DNA of 64,000 bases, taken from the IMG/VR virus record IMGVR_UViG_3300032163_000012, positions 726 to 64,725 of that record. One strand, 5' to 3'. Shown here one piece after another: positions 1 to 8,992 of the stretch. Made by a program: the position numbers and the translations under genes. The notes below the pieces were generated by a model that worked only from the letters and a program-made list of their open reading frames with translations, did not search any database and was not told where the DNA came from. How positions within the stretch are numbered: the first letter of the stretch is position 1; each line of letters begins with the position of its first letter. The DNA comes from a virus (Duplodnaviria > Caudoviricetes).

Positions 1-335
1 GCCCTCATGTCAGCAGAAGGAGCGATGGTGCCGTAGACGAAATCAGCCACGTACTCGACGCCGCCCGGCAACATGAATCTCACCTGGCGCGCGAGGAAGT
101 CAATCTCGCCGGCCTTGAGTAGGAGCCCAAGCTCGCGGTAGCGCTTCGCCTCGCGCTTGGAATCGTGCTTCACGCCGTCGACAACGGTTTTCACGTTACC
201 GAACTTGGCCCGCCTCTTGGCGCTCCTGTCGAGCGCGGCCTTTGCACCAGGCCCCGCGATGTCGCGCAGCGTCGTGCGCCCGAACTTGGCCTGGTGCTTC
301 TTGTAGGCCGCCTCGTCCATGATGCGAGTGGCCAT
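1..335 (-). CDS. DUF1064-family putative endonuclease (3' end runs off the window)
   Basis: Manual translation from ATG 335 gives KFGNVKTVVDGVKHDSKREAKRYREL...QVRFML...YVADFVY; TAATG overlap with upstream gene. Confidence 0.8.
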   Translation of the reverse strand, partial: MATRIMDEAAYKKHQAKFGRTTLRDIAGPGAKAALDRSAKRRAKFGNVKTVVDGVKHDSKREAKRYRELGLLLKAGEIDFLARQVRFMLPGGVEYVADFVYGTIAPSADMR

Positions 336-700
336 TAGGCTTTCGCTGCGCGAAGTTTCTCGCGCTCCTTGTTGTGGTATTCAAGGAACTCGTGCAAGCC
401 TCCCAAAGTCATGTTCTCTGACTGCGTTATTTCGCCACCGGGAGACATGACCCAGTGTTCACCTTCTGGGTCGTTTAGGTCGAGCGTAATGGGGGCAGCC
501 CAACAACCTTGATGCGAGTGAGGGCGCCCTTTCTCGTCGTTGTCTGTCCATGTGGTATGCGTTATTCTGAACGCGCAGATTGGGCTTTTGATGACGTCGT
601 CACCAGAATATGGTCCTTCAGGATCCTCTGGGTCAACCAGCTCCACTATGTACCATCCGGCCGGCGCCGGCACCATCGTATGCGATATCGTTTCTCTCAC
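335..700 (-). CDS. hypothetical protein
   Basis: 3' part of ORF 335..931; GTG 700 overlaps the stop of the upstream HTH gene. Confidence 0.6.
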   Translation of the reverse strand: MRETISHTMVPAPAGWYIVELVDPEDPEGPYSGDDVIKSPICAFRITHTTWTDNDEKGRPHSHQGCWAAPITLDLNDPEGEHWVMSPGGEITQSENMTLGGLHEFLEYHNKEREKLRAAKA

Positions 701-870
701 GCCTTCGCTCCGTTGCGCAGCTTCGCCGGGCGCTTGGCCTTGTCTGGGATCATCCAGACCTTCCCAAACTTTTTGGCGCCTTTGATGCGCGGCGGCGTGG
801 TCGATGCCCATTGGCGAACACGCTGTTCGGACACGCGCCAGTTGGTTGCTGCCTGTTGAACTGTTATCAT
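697..870 (-). CDS. small excisionase-like/HTH_17 DNA-binding protein
   Basis: MITVQQAATNWRVSEQRVRQWA...GAKKFGKVWMIP, typical MerR-superfamily winged HTH pattern. Confidence 0.75.
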   Translation of the reverse strand: MITVQQAATNWRVSEQRVRQWASTTPPRIKGAKKFGKVWMIPDKAKRPAKLRNGAKA

Positions 871-889
871 CGTTAGCCCAAAATAATTG

Positions 890-918
890 TTGACATTGGT
901 CTTGCGCTTCCGCATTAT
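890..918 (+). promoter_or_regulatory. sigma70 promoter, rightward
   Basis: TTGACA(890-895)-17 bp-CATTAT(913-918). Confidence 0.65.
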
Positions 919-944
919 AGCGACATAGCAATACACGCTGTCAA
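914..944 (-). promoter_or_regulatory. sigma70 promoter, leftward, 19-bp spacer
   Basis: minus strand TTGACA(944-939)-19 bp-TATAAT(919-914). Confidence 0.6.
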
Positions 945-967
945 GCGTTTTTTGAGGGTTCCCGCAC

Positions 968-1327
968 ATGGCACAGAACAATGATGGCGATCTCGTCGGT
1001 GGCACCTTTGACCCAAAAACGCTGCCCGGCCTGGGCGCAGAGCGCACCACAGAGGAAGTCGTGGCGGACATCATCGCCAAGGATCCGGCTGCTCACGGCG
1101 TCGCGCTCGAGGAGCGCAATCGGAGAGCCAGGGCGCAGGCGCTTGATCTGTCCAACCTAACCGCCGACGATGCGCTGATTGTGTCCCTTGGCGGCGACCC
1201 TGAAGAAACGATGGGCGGCAATCGCCCGCGGTGGACGGTCGACGGCGACATCATCAAGGACCACGAAACAGGACAAGAGTGGGGCGTGATTGACGTGAGG
1301 GCGCGCGGCCAGGGCACGCAGCCATGA
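968..1327 (+). CDS. hypothetical protein
   Basis: first ORF after promoter; GAGG upstream; coupled to next gene. Confidence 0.65.
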   Translation: MAQNNDGDLVGGTFDPKTLPGLGAERTTEEVVADIIAKDPAAHGVALEERNRRARAQALDLSNLTADDALIVSLGGDPEETMGGNRPRWTVDGDIIKDHETGQEWGVIDVRARGQGTQP

Positions 1328-1530
1328 GCCTGCGCGAGCGCATTGCCAGGCGCCTGTTCGTCCTGGCGTCAAAAATTGGCGGCCAGGCCGAAGTCGAGCG
1401 CAGCGTGGAGCACGTGCGCACGATCCCGGGCGCCTCCCAGGTTGAGCAAGCGGCCGTGCGCCAGCGGGAACTGCTGGACATCGTAGAGAAAGCCAAAGAC
1501 GAAGGGATGTTTGGACATGAGCCTTTCTAG
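1324..1530 (+). CDS. hypothetical protein
   Basis: ATGA overlap, codon bias. Confidence 0.6.
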   Translation: MSLRERIARRLFVLASKIGGQAEVERSVEHVRTIPGASQVEQAAVRQRELLDIVEKAKDEGMFGHEPF

Positions 1531-1843
1531 GCGCGGGTTCCTGCGTGGCATGGCCGGTATCCTCGCGGCCGGTTTCGCGCCCGCCGTGATCGGCAGCGGC
1601 GTGCTCATGCCGGTGCGGAAGATCATCACGTCGACCAACCCACTGTTCGGCGGAGATCGTGGATTCTACGATGGGTTGCAGTGGGATGCTGATCAACTCG
1701 ATGCGTTGCGCCCGTACCCACAAACGATCACGCTAAACCAGATCAGAGATTGCAAGCGCATCCTGGAAAAGAAGCGCCTGCGGCCAGTCAGAATTAACGG
1801 CGAGGAATTTTACGTTGTGATTGATGGGCGGTTTAGCTCATAA
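1517..1843 (+). CDS. twin-arginine-motif protein with capsid-like segments
   Basis: MSLSRRGFLRGMAGILAAG N-terminus; NPLF and KKRLRPVRINGEEFY segments resemble the major capsid protein. Confidence 0.65.
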   Translation: MSLSRRGFLRGMAGILAAGFAPAVIGSGVLMPVRKIITSTNPLFGGDRGFYDGLQWDADQLDALRPYPQTITLNQIRDCKRILEKKRLRPVRINGEEFYVVIDGRFSS

Positions 1844-1844
1844 A

Positions 1845-2645
1845 ATGGCGATCGTAATTCGCCCGTCGTCGCTGCCTGGCTGGTCCGATTGCCAGTTAAG
1901 GACCGCCGCGCGCACGGCGCCGCAAATGTTCCTCGATCTCGGCTACGAGCTTCGCCAGTTGCCGCAGCGAGCAGGGCCGGCTATTGGCACAGCTACGCAT
2001 GCGGCTGTTGCTTTTACCATGCAATGCAAAATAGACACTGGCGAAAGCGCGAACCAGACCGAAACGGAACAGGCAGGGCTTGAGGCGCTCAGCAAGTCGA
2101 TAGAGCATGGAGTTGAATGGGATGGCGTATCGCCAAATTTCAACACGGCGCAGAAGCAGGTACTGCGCCACTACCGCGTGTTCCGGCTACACCTTGAGGA
2201 TGATCTTCGCCCACGAACGGTCGAGCGGAGGATCGAGAAACTGACGAAGCGCGGGAACACGCTCTCCGGCCAGCCAGACGTTACTGACGATGGTGTAATG
2301 GACCTGAAAACTGGCGTCGCCAAGCGCGTGAACGGCCAACAATATGGGGCGTATGCCCTATTGCTGCGCGCCGATGGCGATCCTGTCAGCCACATCACCG
2401 AGGACTACATCAAGCGCGTGGCGATCGACAAAGAACAGCCGCTGCCTGAGCAGATTCGTTACGACGTGGCGCTGTCAGAGCGCATTGCTGGGGCGACGAT
2501 CCTGGACATGGAGCGCAAGTTCGAGGAGTTTGAGCGTGATGGCGACACCATGATTTTCAGCGCAAACACGGGCTCGATGCTTTGCAGCGACCGCTGGTGC
2601 CTCGCGTTCAAGACTTCCGCTTGCCCAATGAGCGTGAACAAGTGA
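1845..2645 (+). CDS. PD-(D/E)XK (RecB/Cas4-like) exonuclease
   Basis: IRPSSL...C, GTATH, LSGQPD...DLKTG, QYGAY and C-terminal C..WC....C cluster. Confidence 0.8.
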   Translation: MAIVIRPSSLPGWSDCQLRTAARTAPQMFLDLGYELRQLPQRAGPAIGTATHAAVAFTMQCKIDTGESANQTETEQAGLEALSKSIEHGVEWDGVSPNFNTAQKQVLRHYRVFRLHLEDDLRPRTVERRIEKLTKRGNTLSGQPDVTDDGVMDLKTGVAKRVNGQQYGAYALLLRADGDPVSHITEDYIKRVAIDKEQPLPEQIRYDVALSERIAGATILDMERKFEEFERDGDTMIFSANTGSMLCSDRWCLAFKTSACPMSVNK

Positions 2646-3157
2646 TTATCCAGCTTACCCAAGGTTTCGTCGCGCACGTCGATGCAGATGATTACGACGC
2701 GCTGATGCACTTTTCCTGGTTCGCTACCCCGCGCAGAAAAAAATGGTACGCGCAAGCATGGGTGTTCGGTCAGCACGTTTATATGCACCGCTTCCTTATG
2801 GGTGAACCAACAGGAATTGAGATCGATCACAGAGACAACGACGGCCTCAACAATAGGCGCGGAAACATACGTCATTCGACTCGAACGCATCAAAACGCTA
2901 ACCGAATGAAGTTCCGGGGTAGATCGCGCTTCAAGGGCGTGTACCCTATGCGGTCAGGTAAATGGGCCACGCAGTCGGCGAAAGCTGGTAAGTATATCTA
3001 CATTGCATGCCATGAATCGGAGCAGGACGCGGCCCGTTGTTATAACGCGCTCGCGCGGTATCTGTTCGGTGAGCATGCGCTTTTCAACGACGTGACTCCG
3101 CGCTTCCCGGTTCGCTCGTTGGCCTTGCGCTATATAAATCGATGGGAAAAAAGATAA
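2642..3157 (+). CDS. HNH endonuclease with AP2 domain
   Basis: YMHRFLM...IDHRDNDGLNNRRGNIR, SRFKGV, AARCYN...FGEHALFN. Confidence 0.85.
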   Translation: MIIQLTQGFVAHVDADDYDALMHFSWFATPRRKKWYAQAWVFGQHVYMHRFLMGEPTGIEIDHRDNDGLNNRRGNIRHSTRTHQNANRMKFRGRSRFKGVYPMRSGKWATQSAKAGKYIYIACHESEQDAARCYNALARYLFGEHALFNDVTPRFPVRSLALRYINRWEKR

Positions 3158-3339
3158 TGGAATACATCCACCTTGTTGGCGCCGAGCAGGTTCAATCTGC
3201 CGGCGTGAGCATGCGCGGCGCTGCCGCCGACATGCAGCAGGCCGCTACGACCATCGATTCAGCGTTACAGCGGCACCAGCAATTCCTGGACGACTGGCTG
3301 CAGAGGCTGGCGCAGACCCTATCGGAGTATCGGCCATGA
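3157..3339 (+). CDS. hypothetical protein
   Basis: coupled ORF. Confidence 0.55.
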   Translation: MEYIHLVGAEQVQSAGVSMRGAAADMQQAATTIDSALQRHQQFLDDWLQRLAQTLSEYRP

Positions 3340-3683
3340 GCGAGGCCGAACTACTCAAGACGCTGGGCGAAACGAAGAAGGAAATGCAGTCGTCGCTGGC
3401 GAGCCTGATGGCGCTCCACGGAGCCCAGAAGGTGATGTTTGCGATGTCGCTGGTGAACGCGCCGAAGTTTATCTCGATGGCGAAAGAGGGCGGCATGTCC
3501 GATGAGTTGTCGTACATGCTCACTCAGCAGTTGCAGTTGATGCTGACCCAGTGGGGCCTGGCGGCCAAGTTTGACCATGAGGAAATGTACAAGCTGGCGA
3601 ATGGCATCCAGTCTCAAATGGCGTTGGTGGAGAACGATTTACAAGAGGCCGTGAACAGCGGCAATAACCCGAAGGAGAATTAG
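3336..3683 (+). CDS. hypothetical protein
   Basis: ATGA overlap, GGAG RBS. Confidence 0.65.
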   Translation: MSEAELLKTLGETKKEMQSSLASLMALHGAQKVMFAMSLVNAPKFISMAKEGGMSDELSYMLTQQLQLMLTQWGLAAKFDHEEMYKLANGIQSQMALVENDLQEAVNSGNNPKEN

Positions 3684-4787
3684 ATGGCGAACGAACAGAG
3701 AGAAACACGCTTGAAGGATCCTATGCAGGAAGTGCTGGACCCGCTCCAGTTCCACCAGGGCGGCGCAGATCTGGGTGCTGTCGTTCCGGCCGGGCAGTCC
3801 GGCATGGCGCGCGCCGGGAGCTTTATGACCGGCATGCAGGGCGACATCATCACGGCGCAGCGCGTCGGCGTGCCGCGCAACATGAGCCGGATCCTGGCCA
3901 ACATGAAGGCGCTGGCCACGGCCGCGGGCAAGGAGTACGTCTACGGCTGGGAAGTCAACGACCGGAAGAATAACCGGAAGGTGTGGATCGAGGGGCCGAC
4001 GATCACCCTCGCCAACGACCTCGCGCGCGAGTACATGAACTGCCAGGTGGATTGCCGCGTCATGGACGAGGGCAAGCATTGGGTGTTCTACGCGCGCTTC
4101 GTGGACCTGGAAACCGGATTCACGATGGTCCGGGCCTACCAGCAGCGCAAAGGCCAGGACACCGGCATGAAGGACGACCAGCGCAGCCTGGACATGGTGT
4201 TCCAGATCGGCCAGTCGAAGGCGATCCGCAATGTGGTTGTCAATGCGCTGCGCTCGCTTGTCAATTACGCCGTCGACGCGGCCAAGGGCTCGCTGCTGGA
4301 CAAGGTAGGCAAGAACCCGGAGGGCGCGCGCACGTGGATCAGGCAACAACTCAAGGACCTGGGCGTGGACATCAAGCGCGTCGAAGCGCTGTACGGCCGC
4401 ACGTCGGAACACTGGACGACGCCGGACATGGCGCGGATCTACACCGAATTGCAATCGATTACCGACGGCATGATGAATGCCGAGGACGTGTATCCGGTAC
4501 CGCAGAAGGAAGAAGCGGCCCGGAAGCGCGAGGACTCCAACCCGCTCGCCGGCAATCAAGGCCAAGGTGTGGGAACCGCTGGAAATGGTGCGTCGGCGGG
4601 CGGTGCGGAGGCTCCACCGATTGGCCAGCCGACCGGAACCGAGGGCTCCGAGCCAGCAGGCAAGCCGCCAGGTGACATGATGGATGACGCCGACGCTGCC
4701 CTGGGCGGAGGGACTAAAGCCGAGGCGCCTCCGGCGAAGAAAGTCGCGGGCAAGAAAAAAGCGAACCTGTTCGGCGGTGACGCATAG
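3684..4787 (+). CDS. putative single-strand annealing/recombination protein
   Basis: AAGGAG RBS; EGPTITLANDLARE...FVDLETG...SKAIRNVV core with disordered tail; function inferred from position between exonuclease and ATPase. Confidence 0.5.
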   Translation: MANEQRETRLKDPMQEVLDPLQFHQGGADLGAVVPAGQSGMARAGSFMTGMQGDIITAQRVGVPRNMSRILANMKALATAAGKEYVYGWEVNDRKNNRKVWIEGPTITLANDLAREYMNCQVDCRVMDEGKHWVFYARFVDLETGFTMVRAYQQRKGQDTGMKDDQRSLDMVFQIGQSKAIRNVVVNALRSLVNYAVDAAKGSLLDKVGKNPEGARTWIRQQLKDLGVDIKRVEALYGRTSEHWTTPDMARIYTELQSITDGMMNAEDVYPVPQKEEAARKREDSNPLAGNQGQGVGTAGNGASAGGAEAPPIGQPTGTEGSEPAGKPPGDMMDDADAALGGGTKAEAPPAKKVAGKKKANLFGGDA

Positions 4788-4789
4788 CC

Positions 4790-5269
4790 ATGGCAAGGCC
4801 GGCCCGCCCTTTGCGGGAACGCTTTTTTGAGAAGTTCCAGATTGGCGCTCCAGACGAGTGCTGGGAATGGACTCGCGCCAACAACAAAGGGTACGGCTCT
4901 ATTTGGGACAACGACAAGAACCGGATGGAGGAGGCGCATCGGGTGTCCTGGGAGATTCATCGCGGCCCGGTACCGGAAGGGGTGTGCGTGCTGCATAACT
5001 GCGACAACCCTCCATGCGTGAACCCGAACCACCTGTTTCTTGGAACGAAGTCCGACAACTCGAAGGATATGTATTCCAAGGGAAGGCACAACGTCGCGTA
5101 CCTCAAGGGCGAGCAACACCCAATGAGCAAATTGACCACCGCAGATGTGCTTGCACTCAGGGCTAGGCGCGAGGCTGGGGCGTCAAAACACGAATTAGCA
5201 GCCGAGTTTTTAATCACGCCCGATACGGCGTGGGAGATTTATACCCGCAGAACATGGAGACACGTATGA
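4790..5269 (+). CDS. HNH endonuclease
   Basis: CWEW...GYG...AHRVSWE...VLHNCDNPPCVNPNHLFLGT. Confidence 0.9.
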   Translation: MARPARPLRERFFEKFQIGAPDECWEWTRANNKGYGSIWDNDKNRMEEAHRVSWEIHRGPVPEGVCVLHNCDNPPCVNPNHLFLGTKSDNSKDMYSKGRHNVAYLKGEQHPMSKLTTADVLALRARREAGASKHELAAEFLITPDTAWEIYTRRTWRHV

Positions 5270-6960
5270 AAATTGTTGGGAAGGTAAGAGGATTCAGGGG
5301 GTGCGAGAAGGCCGATATTGAAATCGACAGGATCAGCCTCGTTTCTGGGCTCAATGGCGCCGGTAAATCGAGCCTGCTGCAGGCACTTGCTGCCGCCGCA
5401 TGCTCACAGCCGATACCGTTCTTTGTGTCGAATCGTCCGGATAAACCAGCCCTCACCAAGACGGACGGAAAGCTGTTGCTCAGGGGCGGCATGGAGAAAG
5501 GTTATGCCACCATCGCGGTTGATGGGCAGGTGGTGTCCGAGGCCGCATGGCCTGGGCTTACTTCCTCAGGCAACGGGAAACTGCAATGCAGCTTGGTGGC
5601 GGCCGGTCTGATAAATCCGCTCGAAATGATCGAAGCCGACCGGCAACGCTTCTTTGCCGGGCTGCTGAACGCCGACCCGACCATGGACGACCTCCGGGAA
5701 GCGCTCAAGGAGGCGATCCCGGCGCTCGCCGACCCGGATTACGTCGACGCCCTGGAGAAGGTCATTACCATGGCCCAGACGAACGGCTGGGACGTGGCGC
5801 ACAAGCACTTCAAGGAACACGGCGCCCGCCGCAAGGGCGAGTGGGAAGGGAAGGCCGGAGAGTCGTTCGGCTCGAAGAAGGCGGCAGACTGGAAGCCGCA
5901 GGGGTGGCGCGCCGACCTGGAGGAGAAAACCCTCGAGGAGTTGGGCACGGCGTGCACCGAGGCGCAGGCGGCCTTGGAGAAGGCGCTCGCCGACGTCGCA
6001 ACCGATGCCGCGGACCTGAAACACCTGTCCGAACTGTCCAGCGGCGAGGCCGTAGCCTGGAATGCGCTGAAACAGGCGGAAACGGCCCTGGAGGAGGCGC
6101 GCGCCGATTTGAAGGCCAAGGAGAACCAGAGGCAGGCGATCGTGATCCCCACCGCCATACCGTGCCCCCACTGCGGCGGTTTGGTCGATGTTGTCGGCGG
6201 CGGGCGCTCTTTCGTGCTCAAACAGTCGATGGCGAACGGGAAGGAGATCGAAACGGCCAAGAAAGCCTTCGAGGCGTCCACGGTGATGGTGCAGACGGCG
6301 CAAGCGGCCGCGGCGACGGCCCTGGATGTCTACAACGGCGCCAAGGGCGTGTACGAAGCGCACAAGGGCGCAGACGGCCGCCTGACCGAGGCCAGGAAGC
6401 GCAAAGGGACCACAGAATCGGTGGACACCGCCCGTGACTACCTCGCCGGGCTCACGCGCGACAAGGACCTGATCGAGCGGCGCCAAGCATGCGAAACGCT
6501 TGCCGCCCAGATTGGGGCAAACCAGAAGCTGGTCGATATCCTGTCGCCCGAGGGCCTGCGCCGGCAGAAGTTGCAAAAGGCGCTCAAGGTGTCGAACGGG
6601 CAGCTCGCCGCGCTCTCAAGCGATGCAGGCTACGGCACCGTGACGATCGACGACGACCTGGAAATCCTATACGGCGGGCGGCGCTACTTCCTCCTGTCCC
6701 AGTCCGAGCAGTACCGGGTGCGCGCGGTGATCCAGATCTACGTGGCGATGCACGACAAGTCGCCGCTGGTGATCTTCGATAGCGCCGACGTGCTCGACCA
6801 GGACGGAAGGAATGGCCTGTTCGCGCTCATGCAGGAAGTCGATGGCATCAGCTTCCTGGTGGGCATGACGGTGCTCTCCAAGAAGAACGTGCCGGATCTG
6901 GCCAAGGCTGGGCTCGGCGCGAGCTATTGGGTGGCCGACGGCACGGCGGCGCCGCTGTGA
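5266..6960 (+). CDS. Rad50/SbcC/SMC-like ABC ATPase
   Basis: Walker A GLNGAGKS, coiled coils with central CPHC hook, LSQSEQ signature, IFDSAD Walker B. Confidence 0.8.
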   Translation: MKIVGKVRGFRGCEKADIEIDRISLVSGLNGAGKSSLLQALAAAACSQPIPFFVSNRPDKPALTKTDGKLLLRGGMEKGYATIAVDGQVVSEAAWPGLTSSGNGKLQCSLVAAGLINPLEMIEADRQRFFAGLLNADPTMDDLREALKEAIPALADPDYVDALEKVITMAQTNGWDVAHKHFKEHGARRKGEWEGKAGESFGSKKAADWKPQGWRADLEEKTLEELGTACTEAQAALEKALADVATDAADLKHLSELSSGEAVAWNALKQAETALEEARADLKAKENQRQAIVIPTAIPCPHCGGLVDVVGGGRSFVLKQSMANGKEIETAKKAFEASTVMVQTAQAAAATALDVYNGAKGVYEAHKGADGRLTEARKRKGTTESVDTARDYLAGLTRDKDLIERRQACETLAAQIGANQKLVDILSPEGLRRQKLQKALKVSNGQLAALSSDAGYGTVTIDDDLEILYGGRRYFLLSQSEQYRVRAVIQIYVAMHDKSPLVIFDSADVLDQDGRNGLFALMQEVDGISFLVGMTVLSKKNVPDLAKAGLGASYWVADGTAAPL

Positions 6961-7223
6961 GCTACGCATACCTGGATGTTCGGCCGCGAATCTTCACCGA
7001 ATCAGGCCAAGTGATGTTTATTCACATCAGGGACACAGCGAAGAAACTGCTTGCTTCCGCTGGGGCATTCCGCTTGCAGGAAGTAATGCAAGGCTGTTCC
7101 GGTGACACTTGGACGATGCTGGCGTGCGTCGATCGAATGGTGGAGTTGAAAGAGATAGTCGAAGTGACTTTACCAGGAACCGTAGCCGGTCAGCATCGCG
7201 TTTTCATAGCATCGTGGTTATGA
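6957..7223 (+). CDS. hypothetical protein
   Basis: GTGA overlap. Confidence 0.6.
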   Translation: MSYAYLDVRPRIFTESGQVMFIHIRDTAKKLLASAGAFRLQEVMQGCSGDTWTMLACVDRMVELKEIVEVTLPGTVAGQHRVFIASWL

Positions 7224-7336
7224 AATCCACCATGCAACGCCAGGCAGACGAACTGCGCAAGCTGCGGATCGGCTGCTGGGTGTTGCTTTTCATCCTGGCC
7301 GCGATGTCGGCCAAGTATTGGGGGCTGGTTCCGTGA
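7220..7336 (+). CDS. small membrane protein
   Basis: ATGA overlap; hydrophobic IGCWVLLFILAAM. Confidence 0.5.
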   Translation: MKSTMQRQADELRKLRIGCWVLLFILAAMSAKYWGLVP

Positions 7337-7545
7337 ACTACCACGCCCTGGTGCGCCGCATCCGTGCGTGCGAAGGTGAGGCCGCGGCGCAGCTTCTGCT
7401 GGAGCATGCTATTCACGACCTCGTAGACGCGCTACATCCGTTCGCCATTGAATTCGAGATAGCGGACGCCGCCGGCGAGTTGCAGCACTGGCCGCCGAAC
7501 GAAGTGAAGAACTGCGAGGCCGCCTGGAGGGCATTGAGGAAATGA
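7333..7545 (+). CDS. hypothetical protein
   Basis: GTGA overlap. Confidence 0.55.
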   Translation: MNYHALVRRIRACEGEAAAQLLLEHAIHDLVDALHPFAIEFEIADAAGELQHWPPNEVKNCEAAWRALRK

Positions 7546-7639
7546 TTCGGCGCGAACCGTTGAACTGGATATGGCTGGCCGGGTGCGCGTGCGTGGCGTT
7601 CACGTTCGCCTACCTGGCGCTGGCCTGACTGGAGGAAGA

Positions 7640-7921
7640 ATGGCAAACAGAGAACAGCGGCGCAGCCCGCTAGTCACGAACATGCTGCGCAAGATCGGCA
7701 TCGAGGAGGATGCGATCGAGGCAGCCTGGCCGCAGGTGCTGACGGCCTGCACCACGGTCCTGCAGAAGGCGCGCATGCAGGGCGTCGTCAACAACGGGCA
7801 CCTGATGGCGTTCGGTGGGTCGCTGATCGTGGATACGCTGTCACATGCGCCCGAGGCGGATCGCGCGCGCATGTTCGACGACTACGTGGCCGACCTGCGC
7901 AAGGAGATTGTTCCGGAATGA
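7640..7921 (+). CDS. hypothetical protein
   Basis: GGAGG RBS before ATG 7640. Confidence 0.65.
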   Translation: MANREQRRSPLVTNMLRKIGIEEDAIEAAWPQVLTACTTVLQKARMQGVVNNGHLMAFGGSLIVDTLSHAPEADRARMFDDYVADLRKEIVPE

Positions 7922-8565
7922 AAGAGTATCGGGTCAAGGTCTCCGTTCGGAACAACCTGCTGCTGTCAGCGATCGAGGCCGCCGGCTATGCGGAATACGG
8001 TGGGCTGGCTCGCTTTTGCAGAGAGAACGACATGGAGCCTAACGATTTGAGCGGGCTGATTTCAATGCGGCATCGCCCAATCAATCAGCACGGTGAATTT
8101 ATCCCTGCAGCGAAAACGATTATGGAGGCACTCGGCGCGTGCCCATCCGACCTGTGGGCCGACGAACAACTGATGATGAAATTGAAGCGCAACACCGGAG
8201 AAACGACGATGGACTTCGGCGCTGTGCAGGCGATGCTCGAACAGCACACTGAGGCTATGTCGCTTCCAAGCCCGGAGGATGTGTATGAGGCAAACGAGGA
8301 AACGAGATTGGTGAAGCAAGTGCTTCTTGGGAAGCACATCCCCACAGACGCTAGATCCGCATATAAGTTATCCACAAAAGAAATTGCCGTTTTAAGCATG
8401 CACCATGGGATCTCTGGAAATGATCCAAAAACTCTAGCGGAAATCGGGGCCGAGTTTGGCGTTACTCAAGAGCGGGTTAGACAAATAGAAGGGAGAGCCC
8501 TAAGAAAACTCCGCCATCCTTCAAACGCCGACGTGCTTAAAAAAGCCATGGTTGTTCCAGAATGA
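7918..8565 (+). CDS. HTH plus sigma-70 region 4 transcription regulator
   Basis: C-terminal KTLAEIGAEFGVTQERVRQIEGRALRKLRHPS closely matches RpoD region 4.2. Confidence 0.8.
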   Translation: MKEYRVKVSVRNNLLLSAIEAAGYAEYGGLARFCRENDMEPNDLSGLISMRHRPINQHGEFIPAAKTIMEALGACPSDLWADEQLMMKLKRNTGETTMDFGAVQAMLEQHTEAMSLPSPEDVYEANEETRLVKQVLLGKHIPTDARSAYKLSTKEIAVLSMHHGISGNDPKTLAEIGAEFGVTQERVRQIEGRALRKLRHPSNADVLKKAMVVPE

Positions 8566-8960
8566 CGGCCGTCATGCGCGCCTCGCCGCTGTTCGGTGAG
8601 CCCAAGCCATTCCTGACAGACATCTACCGCAAGCGCATGGTGCTGATGATGATCTGCACGCACTCAGACTGGTTCAGGAGCGACGACCTGGATTGGGTGA
8701 CGCGCAACTACCACGTGTGGGAGGCGTTCGAGCACGAGGCCAACAAGGTATGGGATCGAGGCCGGCGCCACTACAGCGCCCGCACGATCGGAGAGTACCT
8801 GCGCCACGAAAGCACGCTGCGCGAGGACGAGAACGAACACGGCTGGAAGATCAACGATCACGCCTGGCCGTCGCTAGCGCGCCTGTACGTGCTGATGTAC
8901 CCGGAGCGGTTCTGCTTCTTCGAGCGGAGGCCGGGAACGTCCGGGGTGCGCGCGCTGTGA
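8562..8960 (+). CDS. phage hypothetical protein
   Basis: ATGA overlap; NYHVWEAFE...HYSARTIGEYLRH...WKIND. Confidence 0.65.
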   Translation: MTAVMRASPLFGEPKPFLTDIYRKRMVLMMICTHSDWFRSDDLDWVTRNYHVWEAFEHEANKVWDRGRRHYSARTIGEYLRHESTLREDENEHGWKINDHAWPSLARLYVLMYPERFCFFERRPGTSGVRAL

Positions 8961-8963
8961 CTA

Positions 8964-8992
8964 TTGACGAAATTCCGACATCGGCGTACCGT
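8964..8992 (+). promoter_or_regulatory. sigma70 promoter for replication genes
   Basis: TTGACG-17 bp-TACCGT. Confidence 0.55.

Noticed and set aside
1845-2645. Cas4 as evidence of CRISPR adaptation
   Set aside because: Standalone phage exonuclease in a recombination operon
8368-8376. DnaA box TTATCCACA
   Set aside because: Single copy inside a coding region; compatible with chance
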